A DNA stretch of 63,727 bases, filler included, from Lenisia limosa (lineage: Eukaryota > Protista > Breviatea), in NCBI GenBank assembly GCA_001655205.1. It is 13 parts of 13 records of this genome, joined end to end, with 100 filler letters (N's around TTAATTAATTAA, not from the genome) between each part and the next. Parts side by side here need not be neighbours in the genome. Positions count along the whole stretch, not along the records: positions 16,153 to 19,763 come from LPNZ01002053.1; positions 19,864 to 21,420 come from LPNZ01008581.1; positions 21,521 to 23,953 come from LPNZ01007973.1; positions 24,054 to 26,482 come from LPNZ01002949.1; positions 26,583 to 32,599 come from LPNZ01003409.1; 8 more parts are not named here. The stretch is one strand, 5' to 3'. The notes beneath the pieces are model-generated. The model did no database searches, was not told the origin of the DNA, and saw nothing but the letters and a program-made list of their open reading frames with translations. Made by a program: the position numbers and the translations under genes. Shown one piece after another: positions 16,261-28,288 of this stretch. Each line of letters starts with the position of its first letter. Within the stretch, counting starts at the first letter, position 1.

Positions 16261-19200
16261 GGAAGAGGAACCGGAAGAGGAAGAGGAAGAAGAAGATCAT
16301 TTAGTGTGTATGCAGCGCCACGATCTTACCCCCGCCGTGTCCATCAAAACGTACTCCTCTCAAACTCTCAAGGTGGGTGTGAGTGTGGGGGGAATTACTC
16401 CTAAAGAAATCAATAATAGATTATAAAGTAGTTGAAGAAGCCCAACACAAGGCGTTACGATTGAAAAGCTGAGATCTCCATGACAAGAAAAAAAAAAAAA
16501 AATAACCTATATTTTTTTAATTTGTGATAAAAAGTACCACTTTTATCACTTTTTTTAACTACAGACGCTGCCACCCCCTTTTTAGATGAGCCCCCATTTC
16601 CCATTATTATACTTCACGGCTTCGGCCAGATACACATACAAACTCATTTTTTATTTTTCATTGCTATATATACACGCCTTATTGTACACCCCCATGAACT
16701 GCCACAGGTCTCCTCAGTCTCCAAGCAAAGCAAAGAAGAGGAAACATTCTTCGTCGTTAATACTAAGGTGTTTTGCGGTGGAATTCTATTTTTTTCTGAA
16801 TGGTATCGATATTTCTTATAGATTTGGGCTTCTTTTTTTTTTGTTTCATAAAATTTCCAATTTTACCCCCCCCCCCCNNNNNNNNNNNNNNNNNNNNNNN
16901 NNNNNNNNNNNNNNNNNNNNNNNNNNNNNNNNNNNGTCTGTCTTGCCTTCCCAATTCTTCCTCTTATTGCTCGAAGCCCCCAGCTTGCTCCTTATGCAAA
17001 GGTATGCGGGGCTCTAATATGGGAGAAAAGTGTCAATGATAATTCCTGACACGGATATTGAGCTTTATTAGAGCTTCACTTTCTGTTCCGTAAGACTGAA
17101 ATATCGATATTTGTCGAGGATTTATAGGGTTCAGCCTTTTTTTAAACCGGAGTGAATCTCTCAGCTTTATCTTTAGTCAGTTGTTTCAGTACTTATCGCG
17201 TGCAACGTTAAATAATAGCTAAGGAATGAAATCATGGGGGTGTCATGTAAAAACTAAAATGAAATATATATAAGTACTTCAAGGTATGCGATGTGTCAAT
17301 TTGCCTTTGTTTTATATTTTGGGTTTTTCACGGGCTAGGTGTTCAGCTACCTCCCTGTTGTCAGCTATGGTCTTCGAGTTATCCTCCAAGTGAGCGGTAA
17401 AATAAATAGTCCTGCCTGAGACCCGACTACCACTATCATATTATAATATACAGTGACCGGGAAAAGTCTTGACCGATTTGCTATGTGATTTCCCGGGGGA
17501 AATAGGTCATAACTTATCCTGGACACTGAATAATAGCTATACCGTAACATTATGTTTAACACTCTTTTCACATTATCATTAATCCATTTCTCCCGTTAAC
17601 ACAGTCATACGTACTTTAATTGGTAAAGAAAAATAGTGTGAATGAATGTATGATTGTTATGCATGATTATGGAAAGGCTATGCTTGATTTGGATCCTCAC
17701 CCAAGCTTACATTTATTATATTACTTACACATTCAATTACATTACTCACATACACATTGCATTGCATGACTTACATTACATTAACATTTCATTACATTAC
17801 TTACATATTTCCTTATTTACTAACACATTCCAGGCGGATTTCGATGTTTCATCATCTCGCGAGTCCCTCACTCAAGCCAGCGATTGGAATAGGTTGGGGG
17901 GGGGGGCAAAATGGAAAATTGTTTTTTTTTTGTTTTTTTGTTTTAGGAAAAGTCAAAATATTAAAAGAAGGATCATAAAGAGCCCTCGATTATTGTGAAG
18001 TAAAAAGACTGTAAAAAGACCCCAACAGAATAAAACAGAAACAGGAGAACTTCACGTACACCACAACCGGCCGATTTCCAGCAGGCTTCGAGCCTCATAA
18101 ACTCCTCACTGACTCCACTCAACATGATACCGAGCTTCTTCTTGACAAATCAGTCAGTTTGCTACAGAAATGTAACTTTTTTGTCAATCAAGAAGGCAAA
18201 TTTTCTCAAATTCCGAAAATTGGCTCTTTTTATTTTCCTTATATCCCATTGTTGTTCCATCAAAATTCCAAAGTAACTATATATTGGATAGGTAGACTTT
18301 TGAAATTGGTTTTGAACCAATTTTTTTTTTTTTTTGTTGTTTTTTCTGTTGACTGAGTGTTAGTCATAAGCCAATTATTGCGAAAAATAACTTTGCTTAT
18401 AAGGACAATCAAATACTAACCTTGTCTCAAAGCAGTGTGGCACAGTGGTAGCGTGTGGGGCTCATAACCCCAAGGTCGTTGGATCAAGACCAACCTCTGC
18501 TCTTTTTTTTACTTTGCCTTTCTCTTTTTTTTTTTTTCTTTTTCTTTTTCTTTTTGGTTTCTTTTTGGTTTCTTTTTTTTACCTTTATCCTGTTAATTTT
18601 CCTCTTTGTTTTTCACTCCAACCTTTATTTCACCACCCAGGTTGATTATCAAAGAAGTTCCGTCAGTCTTTATGGCGGCTCTGGAGTCCATGGTTGAAAT
18701 GGGCCCTTCGCACATTCTCCCTTATTTGGTCGAGGATTACAAGGTGGGTGAGCGTATATATAATTTTGTTCTCCCTTTTGTTTTGTTTTATATGATATGT
18801 ACATATGATATATTGTATATCTCAGAATTCATTTAGTTTTATGTAATATGTATAAATATTATCTTTGCTTAGTTATACTTAGATAAATACTTCTTTGTTT
18901 ACTAATATGGAATCCTATGTGTTGACGGATTAGGCATATGAGGGTGCTGAAACCAGCCTCAAAGACACCATCACGCTGGTTACCTATTTCTTCAGGTCTG
19001 CGGGTGGTGGCACTTTTATTTAATAGTCTGGAAGGGCTTCACTTCGGTTCAAAAAATAATGACTGAATTTCTCGATTACCCTTCGATAAATATCGAAATT
19101 TAATCCCCTCTACCTCCCCTAACCAAAGTTAAATTCTTTTGCCCCACATACTCATCGCCCAATACCTTTTTTCAGCTTTATTCCTTACCCCCAATAGCTT

Positions 19201-19545
19201 CATCCCAGGCCCACGTGAAGTACATGGTCCGCTATCGGACCTCCGTCCTCAACTCATGCACAAATTGAAGAACTCTAAGTGGGGGGTACAGGGACCGGGA
19301 ATCTTGCCCTATTGTCCTTGGGAAATCATATCAAATCAATCAAGACTTATCCCAATCACTGTATATCGGACGACCACCCTGAGGGGTGAAGACGTAAAGG
19401 GGGATGTTGGTTTAGGAGTGAAGAAATTACTCGCTGCCCTTGATACCTCCCCTCAAAACTCCCTCACCGCCGCAGGTGCTTGGTAGCTCAAGACGGCTCC
19501 CTCTGCCGCCCTGCTGAGACCGTTTTCCTGCCCACAAACAGCACT
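16261..19545 (+). CDS. NO VEIN / sacsin-like large protein, internal exons
   Basis: Spliced VFSYLPVVSYGLRVILQ-ADFDVSSSRESLTQASDWNR-LIIKEVPSVFMAALESM matches the NOV-family signature (F-x-F-L-P...QxDF...SSRE...WN). Exons 17831-17892 and 18641-18743 join in frame. Confidence 0.75.
18431..18502 (+). tRNA. Initiator tRNA-Met (CAT), inside intron 17893-18640 of the NOV-like gene
   Basis: AGCAGTGTGGCACAGTGGTAGCGTGTGGGGCTCATAACCCCAAGGTCGTTGGATCAAGACCAACCTCTGCTC. A1:U72 pair, GGG/CCC anticodon stem, CAT anticodon, A54-type T loop, T8 terminator directly downstream. U6:U67 mismatch and a C discriminator are atypical. Confidence 0.9.
19289..19361. mobile_element. MITE family E (TA-CAGTG...CACTG-TA, TIR cagtgaccgggataagtcttgaccgattt)
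   Basis: Copies 17451-17528, 19289-19361, 52783-52858, 60706-60772, partial 21222-21245. CAGT ends with a TA target are typical of Tc1/mariner/pogo elements. Confidence 0.85.
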
Positions 19546-20862
19546 GTGGGGGATGTGGTTTTACTAATTTGGTTTTTTTATCAAACAAGAGAAATAATAT
19601 AAGTTATACACAAATCTTGGGAAACAAGTAAATACATAGGCTTGTGTTGGGGGTGAAGAGGGATTAAAGGTTTTAAGTGGGGGGAGGGGTGATGTTATAG
19701 AAGTGACTGGCTTGGGCTTTGTTTTTTTTTTGTTTTTGTTTGTTTTTTTTCCGCTTGTGTTTANNNNNNNNNNNNNNNNNNNNNNNNNNNNNNNNNNNNN
19801 NNNNNNNTTAATTAATTAANNNNNNNNNNNNNNNNNNNNNNNNNNNNNNNNNNNNNNNNNNNNCCCCCCCCCCCTTTGCCATACCTGCGACGATCTGCTG
19901 CAGCGTACTTAGCCACAACCACGGTTCCGCCAGAGGTGGAGAGGAACTTGGGGGACATTGAGACAATCTAAGTTGATGAGAGGAGTTTGGAGGTGAAAAA
20001 TGAGAGGAATCTGCAGGGGTTATAAAAGTGCCCAAAGGAATTATATCTTGAAGAATTTGGGTGTCATAAAGATGTCTTGAAAAATTTAGGTGTTAGAAAG
20101 AAGGAAGAATTTGGGGGTTGTAACGAGATACTAAGTTCACTTCCCAGTATTTCACCCCCCCCCCNNNNNNNNNNNNNNNNNNNNNNNNNNNNNNNNNNNN
20201 NNNNNNNNNNNNNNNNNNNNNNNNNNNNNNNNNNNNNNNNNNNNNNNNNNNNNNNNNNNNNNNNNNNNNNNNNNNNNNNNNNNNNNNNNNNNNNNNNNNN
20301 NNNNNNNNNNNNNNNNNNNNNNNNNNNNNNNNNNNNNNNNNNNNNNNNCTTGCTGTTGACACACCTGCTGAGATGAGAAAAAGAAATATAGAGATGAGAA
20401 AGAAAACAAGGTTGTAGTATTAATAGTAATGATTGGATTCGCCAAATCAGCTAAGCCCTATAATACTAACACACCCAATCATTTCTGACAACTCGGTTTT
20501 ATCTGGCCGAAGCCGTCCACTTCCCTTCCTTATTTTACCTCCCCCCCCCCCCNNNNNNNNNNNNNNNNNNNNNNNNNNNNNNNNNNNNNNNNNNNNNNNN
20601 NNNNNNNNNNNNNNNNNNNNNNNNNNNNNNNNNNNNNNNNNNNNNNNNNNNNNNNNNNNNNNNNNNNNNNNNNNNNNNNNNNNNNNNNNNNNNNNNNNNN
20701 NNNNNNNNNNNNNNNNNNNNNNNNNNNNNNNNNNNNNNNNNNNNNNNNNNNNNNNNNNNNNNNNNNNNNNNNNNNNNNNNNNNNNNNNNNNNNNNNNNNN
20801 NNNNNNNNNNNNNNNNNNNNNNNNNNNNNNNNNNNNNNNNNNNNNNNNNNNNNNNNNNNNNN

Positions 20863-21167
20863 CCAACAACCAACCTGAAGACGATGCTGGACTCAACTAG
20901 GCAAGTTGCTTCTCCACACTTCGTCCCATCAGTGGCGGCGGAACAGACGCCAGAAGTGCAGGCGCTACATTCCGCGGTACAGGCCGAATTACAGCACGTA
21001 CCAGCCACGCAAAATCCGGACGCACATTCGCCACTATCGGAACAAGAATCACCGGGACCTTTAGTTTCAGGGGGGCACGGGGCGAGGCTGCAGAGCTCTA
21101 CGGCGGCGGGCTTGGCGTCGCTGCATTTGTAGTCTGAGACGAGCGTGTTGTCTGAACGTTTGCAAAC
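20863..21167 (-). CDS. Exon of an extracellular Cys-rich protein: ADAMTS-type TSP1 repeat end followed by CxSGFCVxGxCCxSAC-type repeats
   Basis: Acceptor cttctcccag at 21168. Open frame VCKRSDNTLVSDYKCSDAKPAAVELCSLAPCPPETKGPGDSCSDSGECASGFCVAGTCCNSACTAECSACTSGVC. Confidence 0.7.
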
Positions 21168-22716
21168 CTGGGAGAAGTGAAACGAAGAATTTCGTTGGTA
21201 AAATTGGCACAAGGGATGCATAAAGTGACCGGGATAAGTCTTAACCTAATTTTAGGGCTTTGTTCGAAAAGGGACTGAATTTCTCGATAAATCTTCGAAA
21301 TTTTTCGATATTTTACCGTTATTTTTCGAACCGAATTGAATCTCCCCCACCCCCTCCTACCACTTCACGCGATCTTGAAATGGCGTTGCCGCAAGAGGGG
21401 CAGTCAGACCAGGTGCCTGANNNNNNNNNNNNNNNNNNNNNNNNNNNNNNNNNNNNNNNNNNNNTTAATTAATTAANNNNNNNNNNNNNNNNNNNNNNNN
21501 NNNNNNNNNNNNNNNNNNNNCGAACCTGCAGTCTCTTGATCCGTAGTCAAGCGCCTTTCCATTTGGCCACGCACCCGCTTGTAAATGTGTTGCATCGATT
21601 GAAATCCGATATTGTTTTTTCCAACATTTTCGTAAATTTTTTGTAAAAATAACTAGAACCCTTTCATGATTTCTCTTCTGTTGCCCTTCTTCTCAACCAG
21701 TTCTCAATTTCCTCTCTTCCTGTGTAAACTAACTTTCCTGCTCCATTGCTTTGAAAACATGATATTGTAGATAGGTATTACACATTAACTAAAGTACATC
21801 TATTTCAGATTTTGGGTATCTTTGGTTCTATCTCTGGTACCTTTCATCTTTTCAGATATTTTTCTGTATTATTCCAGATTCTGGGTCAAGGCCCTGTCGC
21901 CCGGGAAATGAGTTTAAGTTGGTATATAATTAGCAACATCTAGACCCCTGTCAATTTTTGTCTTCACTGAGTACCATCCATACCCGGAGAGGGGGTCATG
22001 CCCCGTGCCCCTGAACGTTGATGCGCTAGTGTCCACACTATATCCACCACACGAACACCCTGGTACCCGTCGCTTTATATATGATATGCATAATATTTTT
22101 TTTAGAGGTAGGGGGGGTATATGGATGGTTAGAACAGTTGAAGTTAGGGCAGTTCATCCGTTGTGTAAATTATTTGATCATTTTTTATTTTGGCTGGGTG
22201 GGGTTGACCGTGAGCGTCTGAAGTTCCACCCTTCTACCGTTGTGTTCAACACAGGTTCAAAATGCGTTTTGGCTACAATTTGGCCTGAATTTTGGCTATG
22301 AATCTGCTCTGAATAGTGTATGAATGGCAAAATTCTGTGTCAGTAGTTGTGGTGAACCAACACCATCATTATTTTCAGACTACTAGACATATTAAATTAG
22401 ATAACCTTTAGAAACAATCAAGAAACGTAGTAACTAGTACACAGAAGTGGCTATTGGAAGAAGTAGGCATACTCATCCTCCTCCTGGCCCTGGGCAACAT
22501 CGCCCTGTTCCTCTTCCGTGTTTGCTTCGGAACATCACCGGTTTGCCCGTCTGGCGGAGGTGAGTCAAGCAATTTTAGTAGCGTAAAGGTATTGGGGCAA
22601 TATGAGGGATATATATATATATATAAACCACACAATTCAAATAGGTCCTCAAATCGGTTCTTAAAAGAAAAGAAAGATATCACTATAGATTCCAGTCTCA
22701 AATCGGATCGGCATAC

Positions 22717-23933
22717 CTTGTCGTGAAGCTGCCATCCAAGGTGTTTAAGGTAGTTGTTGTCAATGAACATGTTGGGATTGGTTGACACCCAGAGACCTAG
22801 GCTTATAAGAACACTGCTGCCGATGGATATAAATGGTGTAATCTCTACAGCACCATTAAGATGATTACTTATGGGAGTGGATGTGAAAAGAAGAGTGGAT
22901 GTGAAAAGAAGAGTGGATGTGAAATAAAACACACATAACATCCAGGCCCGCCATCCTACCAAGTTCTTCCATACAGGCCACGCGGATTTCGGGCAATGTA
23001 TCACGGAATCGATGAACAAAAACACTAAAAAATGATGGACGAGGAGGAAGAGGTAGTCAGGGTGAAGTTGATGATAAAAACCGGCATGTGAAATAATACA
23101 AACCTATCAAAGAGATCTGTGATGTAGACGGTCTGCAGAGTTTCCTTCTCCTTCATCAGGGAGTTTTTTGAGGCCTCCAACTGAGCAATGGCTTCTGAAT
23201 ATTTAGTACAAAAGCCTAAAAGTCTGGAATTGCCGAAGTGAAGCCCTAGGTACCAACGAAACAGCAACGCCCCCACCCCCCCAATGCCAAACTTACGCGG
23301 AGAGCGTTTCTTCTTTTTTTCGCCTTCTAACTGCGTCTCACACAGCGAGAGTTGATTGGTGACTACATGGTCAAAGGTGCGAGGACAATATAGAGAACGA
23401 TTTAGACTTAGAGTGGCATTCTATAATCAACTATTAAATAGACGTAATACATGTACTTTCCATCCGTTGGATAGTCTCTTCAACTTTATAAAGAGCGGAC
23501 GGAGAGAAGAAGGAAGGGGGGTCTTGGAAACAATTTAATAAGCCTACCGCGTTTGTACTGATCAGAGAACGCGGTGATGAGTTTGAGGGCAATGAGCGTC
23601 GAAGTGTGGCGGTAGGCACGANNNNNNNNNNNNNNNNNNNNNNNNNNNNNNNNNNNNNNNNNNNNNNNNNNNNNNNNNNNNNNNNNNNNNNNNNNNNNNN
23701 NNNNNNNNNNNNNNNNNNNNNNNNNNNNNAACAAAAAAAACAAAAAAACAAAGACCAGGCCAGTCGCGTAAAGAAGAGTGTTGGAAAACAAGCCCCAAGA
23801 TATTGCTCCTAAATATCCAAGCAAGATCTAACACCCTTCCTCACCTAGACATTTGGATGACCCATGCAGAGAGATTGGCAACAAGATATTCGTCGTAGAG
23901 ATGGCCACAGGAGGCGATGAGGGTCTTCCAGAA
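22717..23933 (-). CDS. Cohesin subunit Scc3/STAG (SA), internal exons
   Basis: In order on the minus strand: FWKTLIASCGHLYDEYLVANLSAWVIQMS, RAYRHTSTLIALKLITAF, ETQLEGEKKKKR, VFVHRFRDTLPEIRVACMEELG, LWVSTNPNMFIDNNYLKHLGWQLHDK. These are STAG/SCD domain signatures. Confidence 0.9.
22874..22924. repeat. 18-bp tandem repeat x about 2.7
   Basis: gagtggatgtgaaaagaa repeated, inside a STAG intron. Confidence 0.85.
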
Positions 23934-24082
23934 CTACAAGAAGGGGGGGGGGGNNNNNNNNNNNNNNNNNNNNNNNNNNNNNNNNNNNNNNNNNNNNTTA
24001 ATTAATTAANNNNNNNNNNNNNNNNNNNNNNNNNNNNNNNNNNNNNNNNNNNNCCCCCCCCCCCCCTCCCCACACACACATG

Positions 24083-25867
24083 TCAGTAATAATTCGATTC
24101 AGTTCATCCACCCGAACTCTGAAGTTACTGAAGGAACTGTGGATAATAGAAGGTTGTGGGGAATGTTAGGTTTATCATCTTCACAATAGTCACCAGCATC
24201 ATCATAAACATCATCATCAGTATCAGAATCAATATCCTCACATATCCAGGTACACAAGCCTGTCCTTCACCGTTTCGGAGGATACATTGTGCCATGGTTT
24301 TGCCGGGTACTTCCATTGCGATCTTTACAAGGACGTTACAATCAGTAAGCGAGGGATTTTCTTGAAAGCAATAAAATATACACGAAATCAATCTCCGGAG
24401 TATTATTATGTGTGGTGTCTGTTTTATAAATTGTCTCGTGTGCTGCCAGCCAAGGTGATTGATTATTGGCTTTTTTTTTTTGCGTGTTTCATTAATTTCC
24501 TGTTGGCCCCATAAATGGTTGACTTTACCACCTCCCCCTTGAATTTGTTACCTTTTCCTTCTCCACGCAGGTATAGACCCCCACACATTTTCTGATGGAA
24601 TGTTCTCCTGGTTCCCAATCTACTTCCCTATCATTGTGGGGGGGGGCGCTACCTGGGTTATTATGCAGGGGCTATTGTCCTTATTCATGAATCTAATTCT
24701 TGGGGAGGCACACAGAAAGCTGTGTGCACAGAGTTGTAAGGCAAATGATTGGGTGAATTTTTATACTATAATCCAATATCTCTTATATTCATGATTTTGG
24801 ACGGCTTCAGCCAGATACAACCTTATTTTTTATTTATCATTGCTATAGATATGTATTATATATCATGGGAGNNNNNNNNNNNNNNNNNNNNNNNNNNNNN
24901 NNNNNNNNNNNNNNNNNNNNNNNNNNNNNNNNNNNNNNNNNNNNNNNNNNNNNNNNNNNNNNNNNNNNNNNNNNNNNNNNNNNNNNNNNNNNNNNNNNNN
25001 NNNNNNNNNNNNNNNNNNNNNNNNNTCACAGAATGTAAAGCAACAACAAATGAAAACTGGACAAAACTTGATGACAGGGAAATAATTATATGAATTTTAT
25101 CACCATTGGATAGACTAATGGAGTTCAGAAGCCCCTCACACTGAAAAGCGGTGAAACGGTTTCAGTTTCCATTTGGCGGTGCGTGGATTCAAAAAAGGTT
25201 CGTGTTGGGGTGGTTATTTATGAATATCATAGTATACACTGACGATAAGTCCTGACACGGATATTTATCTATGCTCAATCGTGTCAGGCAGGACCTATCA
25301 TGGATATTGGCCTTTAAGATAGTCAATCGTGTCAGGACTTATCGCGGTCAGTGTAGATAATATATCAATTATTATATTACATACATATCATATGTATCCT
25401 ATAGCAATATAGTAACTACGTATCATATAGTAGTATACTACTACTAATATGAAAATATAATATGCATATGATATAAACAAAAAGCTAATTTTATGGTTTA
25501 TAAATACATTGTATCATTATTATAAGGGCTCTGTGCAATTAATTTTTTGAGGAAATTTATTGACAAAATTAGAAATTAAAGTGTCTTGAATAGCGTTCTC
25601 GTTACACTATGCCCGACTTCAAATTTTGAAGTTAAAATGTCACAATTTGTAACTCGACAGGTTTGGTACGAGTGGCAGATGTCCAACAACTCCGAGGTCA
25701 GCGCCATTCACAACGTCAATGGTGGGGGGGAGTAATGTTAAATGTTACTCGTAATAATTGTTAATGGTGGTATTTTTCTTAGCGTATTGGACAGCTTGGC
25801 CAGATACCTATTCCTCATCTCAAGATATTCTTACCCCCCAGGTCGAAGCTACCACATTGGCCTCTAA
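24083..25867 (+). CDS. PRMT5: Protein arginine methyltransferase 5, 3' part
   Basis: Exons 24250-24344, 24571-24635, 25129-25197, 25661-25721, 25842-25867 splice to RYTSLSFTVSEDTLCHGFAGYFHCDLYKDVTISIDPHTFSDGMFSWFPIYFPIIKPLTLKSGETVSVSIWRCVDSKKVWYEWQMSNNSEVSAIHNVNGRSYHIGL*. Confidence 0.93.
24661..24850 (+). mobile_element. Repeat family B (about 200 nt, non-TIR, SINE-like); reference copy
   Basis: aggggctattgtccttattcatgaatc...agaaagctgtgtgcacagagttgtaaggcaaatgattgggtgaat...ccaatatctcttataagcgtga...ggcttcggccagatac...tttatttctcattgctat. Copies or fragments: 14761-14900+, 16610-16665+, 20470-20520-, 25785-25810+, 26400-26480-, 28050-28115+, 30990-31015+, 31030-31147-, 35795-35990+, 50310-50380+, 57930-58020-, 63416-63460+. 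Confidence 0.85.
25237..25353. mobile_element. MITE family D (TA-CACTG...CAGTG-TA, TIR cactgaccgcgataagtcctgacacg)
   Basis: TIRs and TA flanks at 25237-25353. Further copies 27938-28013, 28345-28419; partial 30248-30295 and 17039-17066. Confidence 0.85.
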
Positions 25868-26600
25868 TTATCATGGTGTAAATGAATTTATTTCCTTGCT
25901 GGTAATTTCTACCTCAAGTTTATGGGAAGTTTTTTTTTCAGAGCTTTGAACATTTGCTGGACATTTTTGCATAAGCAGGGTGCCCTAGAAAATTACGGAT
26001 CTGAAGGAAAGTTTGTTATCTTTTAATGTTCATATTGAAAAAAGTTGGTATTAAACCATGTTCTCACATCAATTTAATAAGAGTGCACTATAAATTATTT
26101 CTCAGGTGTGGTAATCGAAGCTAGTGTCTGGGTTGGCAACCCTGTAATACCACATGGGAATCCCAAGTCGATGTGCCGGTTTATACCGTCCAAGAACATG
26201 AAAGTACCCATTATGAGCGAGGGTACAGAATTTACAAATGTCGCTAGTACTGAACACCTTTCAACGAATGTCCAAAAGTGCTTCAACGTTAGTATTACAT
26301 TCAAAATCCACATTATTTGTTTGAAGCTGCCTTCGGCTTGCGATCTAAATAGTTAATGACCATGTATGTAGATATGGGAAAGAGGGGGATGTCCGAAGCC
26401 GTATACTCCCATCATATACAGTAGTACAAGAGATATTGAGATATTGGATTATAGTATCTGGCCGAGGCCGTCCACACCATCANNNNNNNNNNNNNNNNNN
26501 NNNNNNNNNNNNNNNNNNNNNNNNNNTTAATTAATTAANNNNNNNNNNNNNNNNNNNNNNNNNNNNNNNNNNNNNNNNNNNNCACCCCCCCCCCACATAC

Positions 26601-27485
26601 CCAACCAAGCGAGCCACTTTTTCCTCAAGGAGATTGACGGTGGGATCGTCTTGGAACACGTCATCACCAACCATTGAGGCTGTCATTGCCACTATCTGCG
26701 GATGGGGTAAAAGTGGAAATCTAAAAGCCCAAAATCAACTCTGTTGGCAAGCAACACATGAGGGTTGAAGTACTGCACTCCATCGTACGAGTAAATAAAG
26801 TAATATTTTGGCACTTAGCCAAAAAGGTTGGAAAGGATGACAAAAAAGTTCGACGACTTTGTTTAGAGAAATGGTGTTAAGCCTAATTGAACTGGTATTT
26901 GGGGATTTCCTCCCAAAAGTCGTCGAACTTTTTAGTACGAAAATTTCTAACCCTCAGCGGCTGCGGTTGATGGTGTTGGTGGGGGGAGCAGGCAGAGTTG
27001 GAAGGTAAATAATTGAAGAATTCATTTCAATACAAAAGGGTTAGGTACGCAAACAATAATATACTATATCATATGGATTCCGTAGATAAATGACTATACT
27101 TCTGTGGATATTGTTCCTTTCTTTTCTCTGTAAAACATGTGTATTATTTGTCTTGTTTCTACCTTTAATAATTGATACGTTGCATTCTTGTTCTCAAAAA
27201 AGTGAAATGGGAACGTTTATTCTGGGAAAAGAAAGGAAACGCGGTGGAAAGAAGAAAGTAGTAAAATAGGCGTATAATCTAATCTGATTCAATTATTCAA
27301 CCAGAAAGCTTCATGTCAAAAGAACGATCATAGGCTGTTGGAAAACGGTCAAAAGGAGTAACTAACTTGGGGCCCAACACGATTCCACCGCCAATAAATC
27401 ATCATTAGAGCAGAATATTGCTTAGCCTTACCATTTCGGGGGTAGGGGACGTGACCGTGTCCGAACGGAAGTCACAATGGCTCAT
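26601..27485 (-). CDS. Low-specificity L-threonine aldolase (GLY1/LtaE family), first two exons
   Basis: Exons 27485-27432 and 26695-26601: [50 protein letters not shown]. Confidence 0.9.
26843..26933. repeat. 91-bp MITE-like element with a perfect 18-bp inverted repeat
   Basis: AAAAAGTTCGACGACTTT (26843-26860) and AAAGTCGTCGAACTTTTT (26916-26933), in the threonine aldolase intron; single copy in the window. Confidence 0.7.
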
Positions 27486-28210
27486 TTTGTTGGTCGTCGG
27501 GTGTAGTCTGCTCGCTTCTACGCTTCTCCTTTTTCTTATCTATAAGTAAAAAAAGATATAATATGTATTACTCCGATTCTCCGATCTCAAGATAAGCTTG
27601 TTCTTTCCTTTATTTTTATATTATTAAATACTGGGGGAGGGTTTCACATGATACTCTATACATGTTGTCGCCGCATTCTCTCGGCCTCTTTCTACTCTTC
27701 ATAACTTAATAGTACTATAAGCCTGAAGAAAACAGGGGAGTAGTATAAGAGGGTCAGCACAAAGACACTCGCTTTGATCTTGGAATTACCTTTTTTTTTC
27801 TCATCAACATCGCACAGTCTCCATTATTTAGTTTGGTGGTTCAAATACAGCAGGTTTCAAGACAGAAAGAGGCACAGTCAGCGTAATCAGGTAAGTCCTT
27901 GTTCCTTGTTGATATAGTCTGTCTGCACATCATTATACACTGACCGAGTTCAGGCCTAACACGCTTAACGAAAACTAAAGCTTAATCCGTGTCAGGACTT
28001 ATCGCGTTCACTGTGCAGTATTACACATACGTATCATTTGTAATATGAAATATCTCTTATAAGCGTGATGGTGTGGTCGGCTTTGGCCAGAAGCAACCTT
28101 GTTTTATTTCTCATCTCTATCATATATAAACAGTAACCATTTGTAGGGGCGGAATACAGATCTGTTGACACAATGAGCAACTTTTCCGATGTTCACAGGG
28201 GCGCGAAGTA

Positions 28211-28288
28211 AGCCCAGGATTGGTGCCCAGGATTGGTGCTTTGGATTGGTGCTTTGGATTGGTGCCTTGGACTGGTGCTTTGGATTCT
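28211..28288. repeat. 12-bp tandem minisatellite (ggattggtgcyy) x about 6
   Basis: cccaggattggtgcccaggattggtgctttggattggtgctttggattggtgccttggactggtgctttggatt. Confidence 0.9.

Noticed and set aside
24241-24630. Minus-strand frames resembling a GCM/WRKY-like domain (RKCVGVYTC...)
   Set aside because: They are the antisense shadow of clear plus-strand PRMT5 exons.
25360-25520. Recurrent atatcat/gatat low-complexity filler in many introns (also 12540-12700, 30350-30440, 52720-53070)
   Set aside because: It is simple AT-rich self-complementary microsatellite-like sequence with no defined unit or ends.
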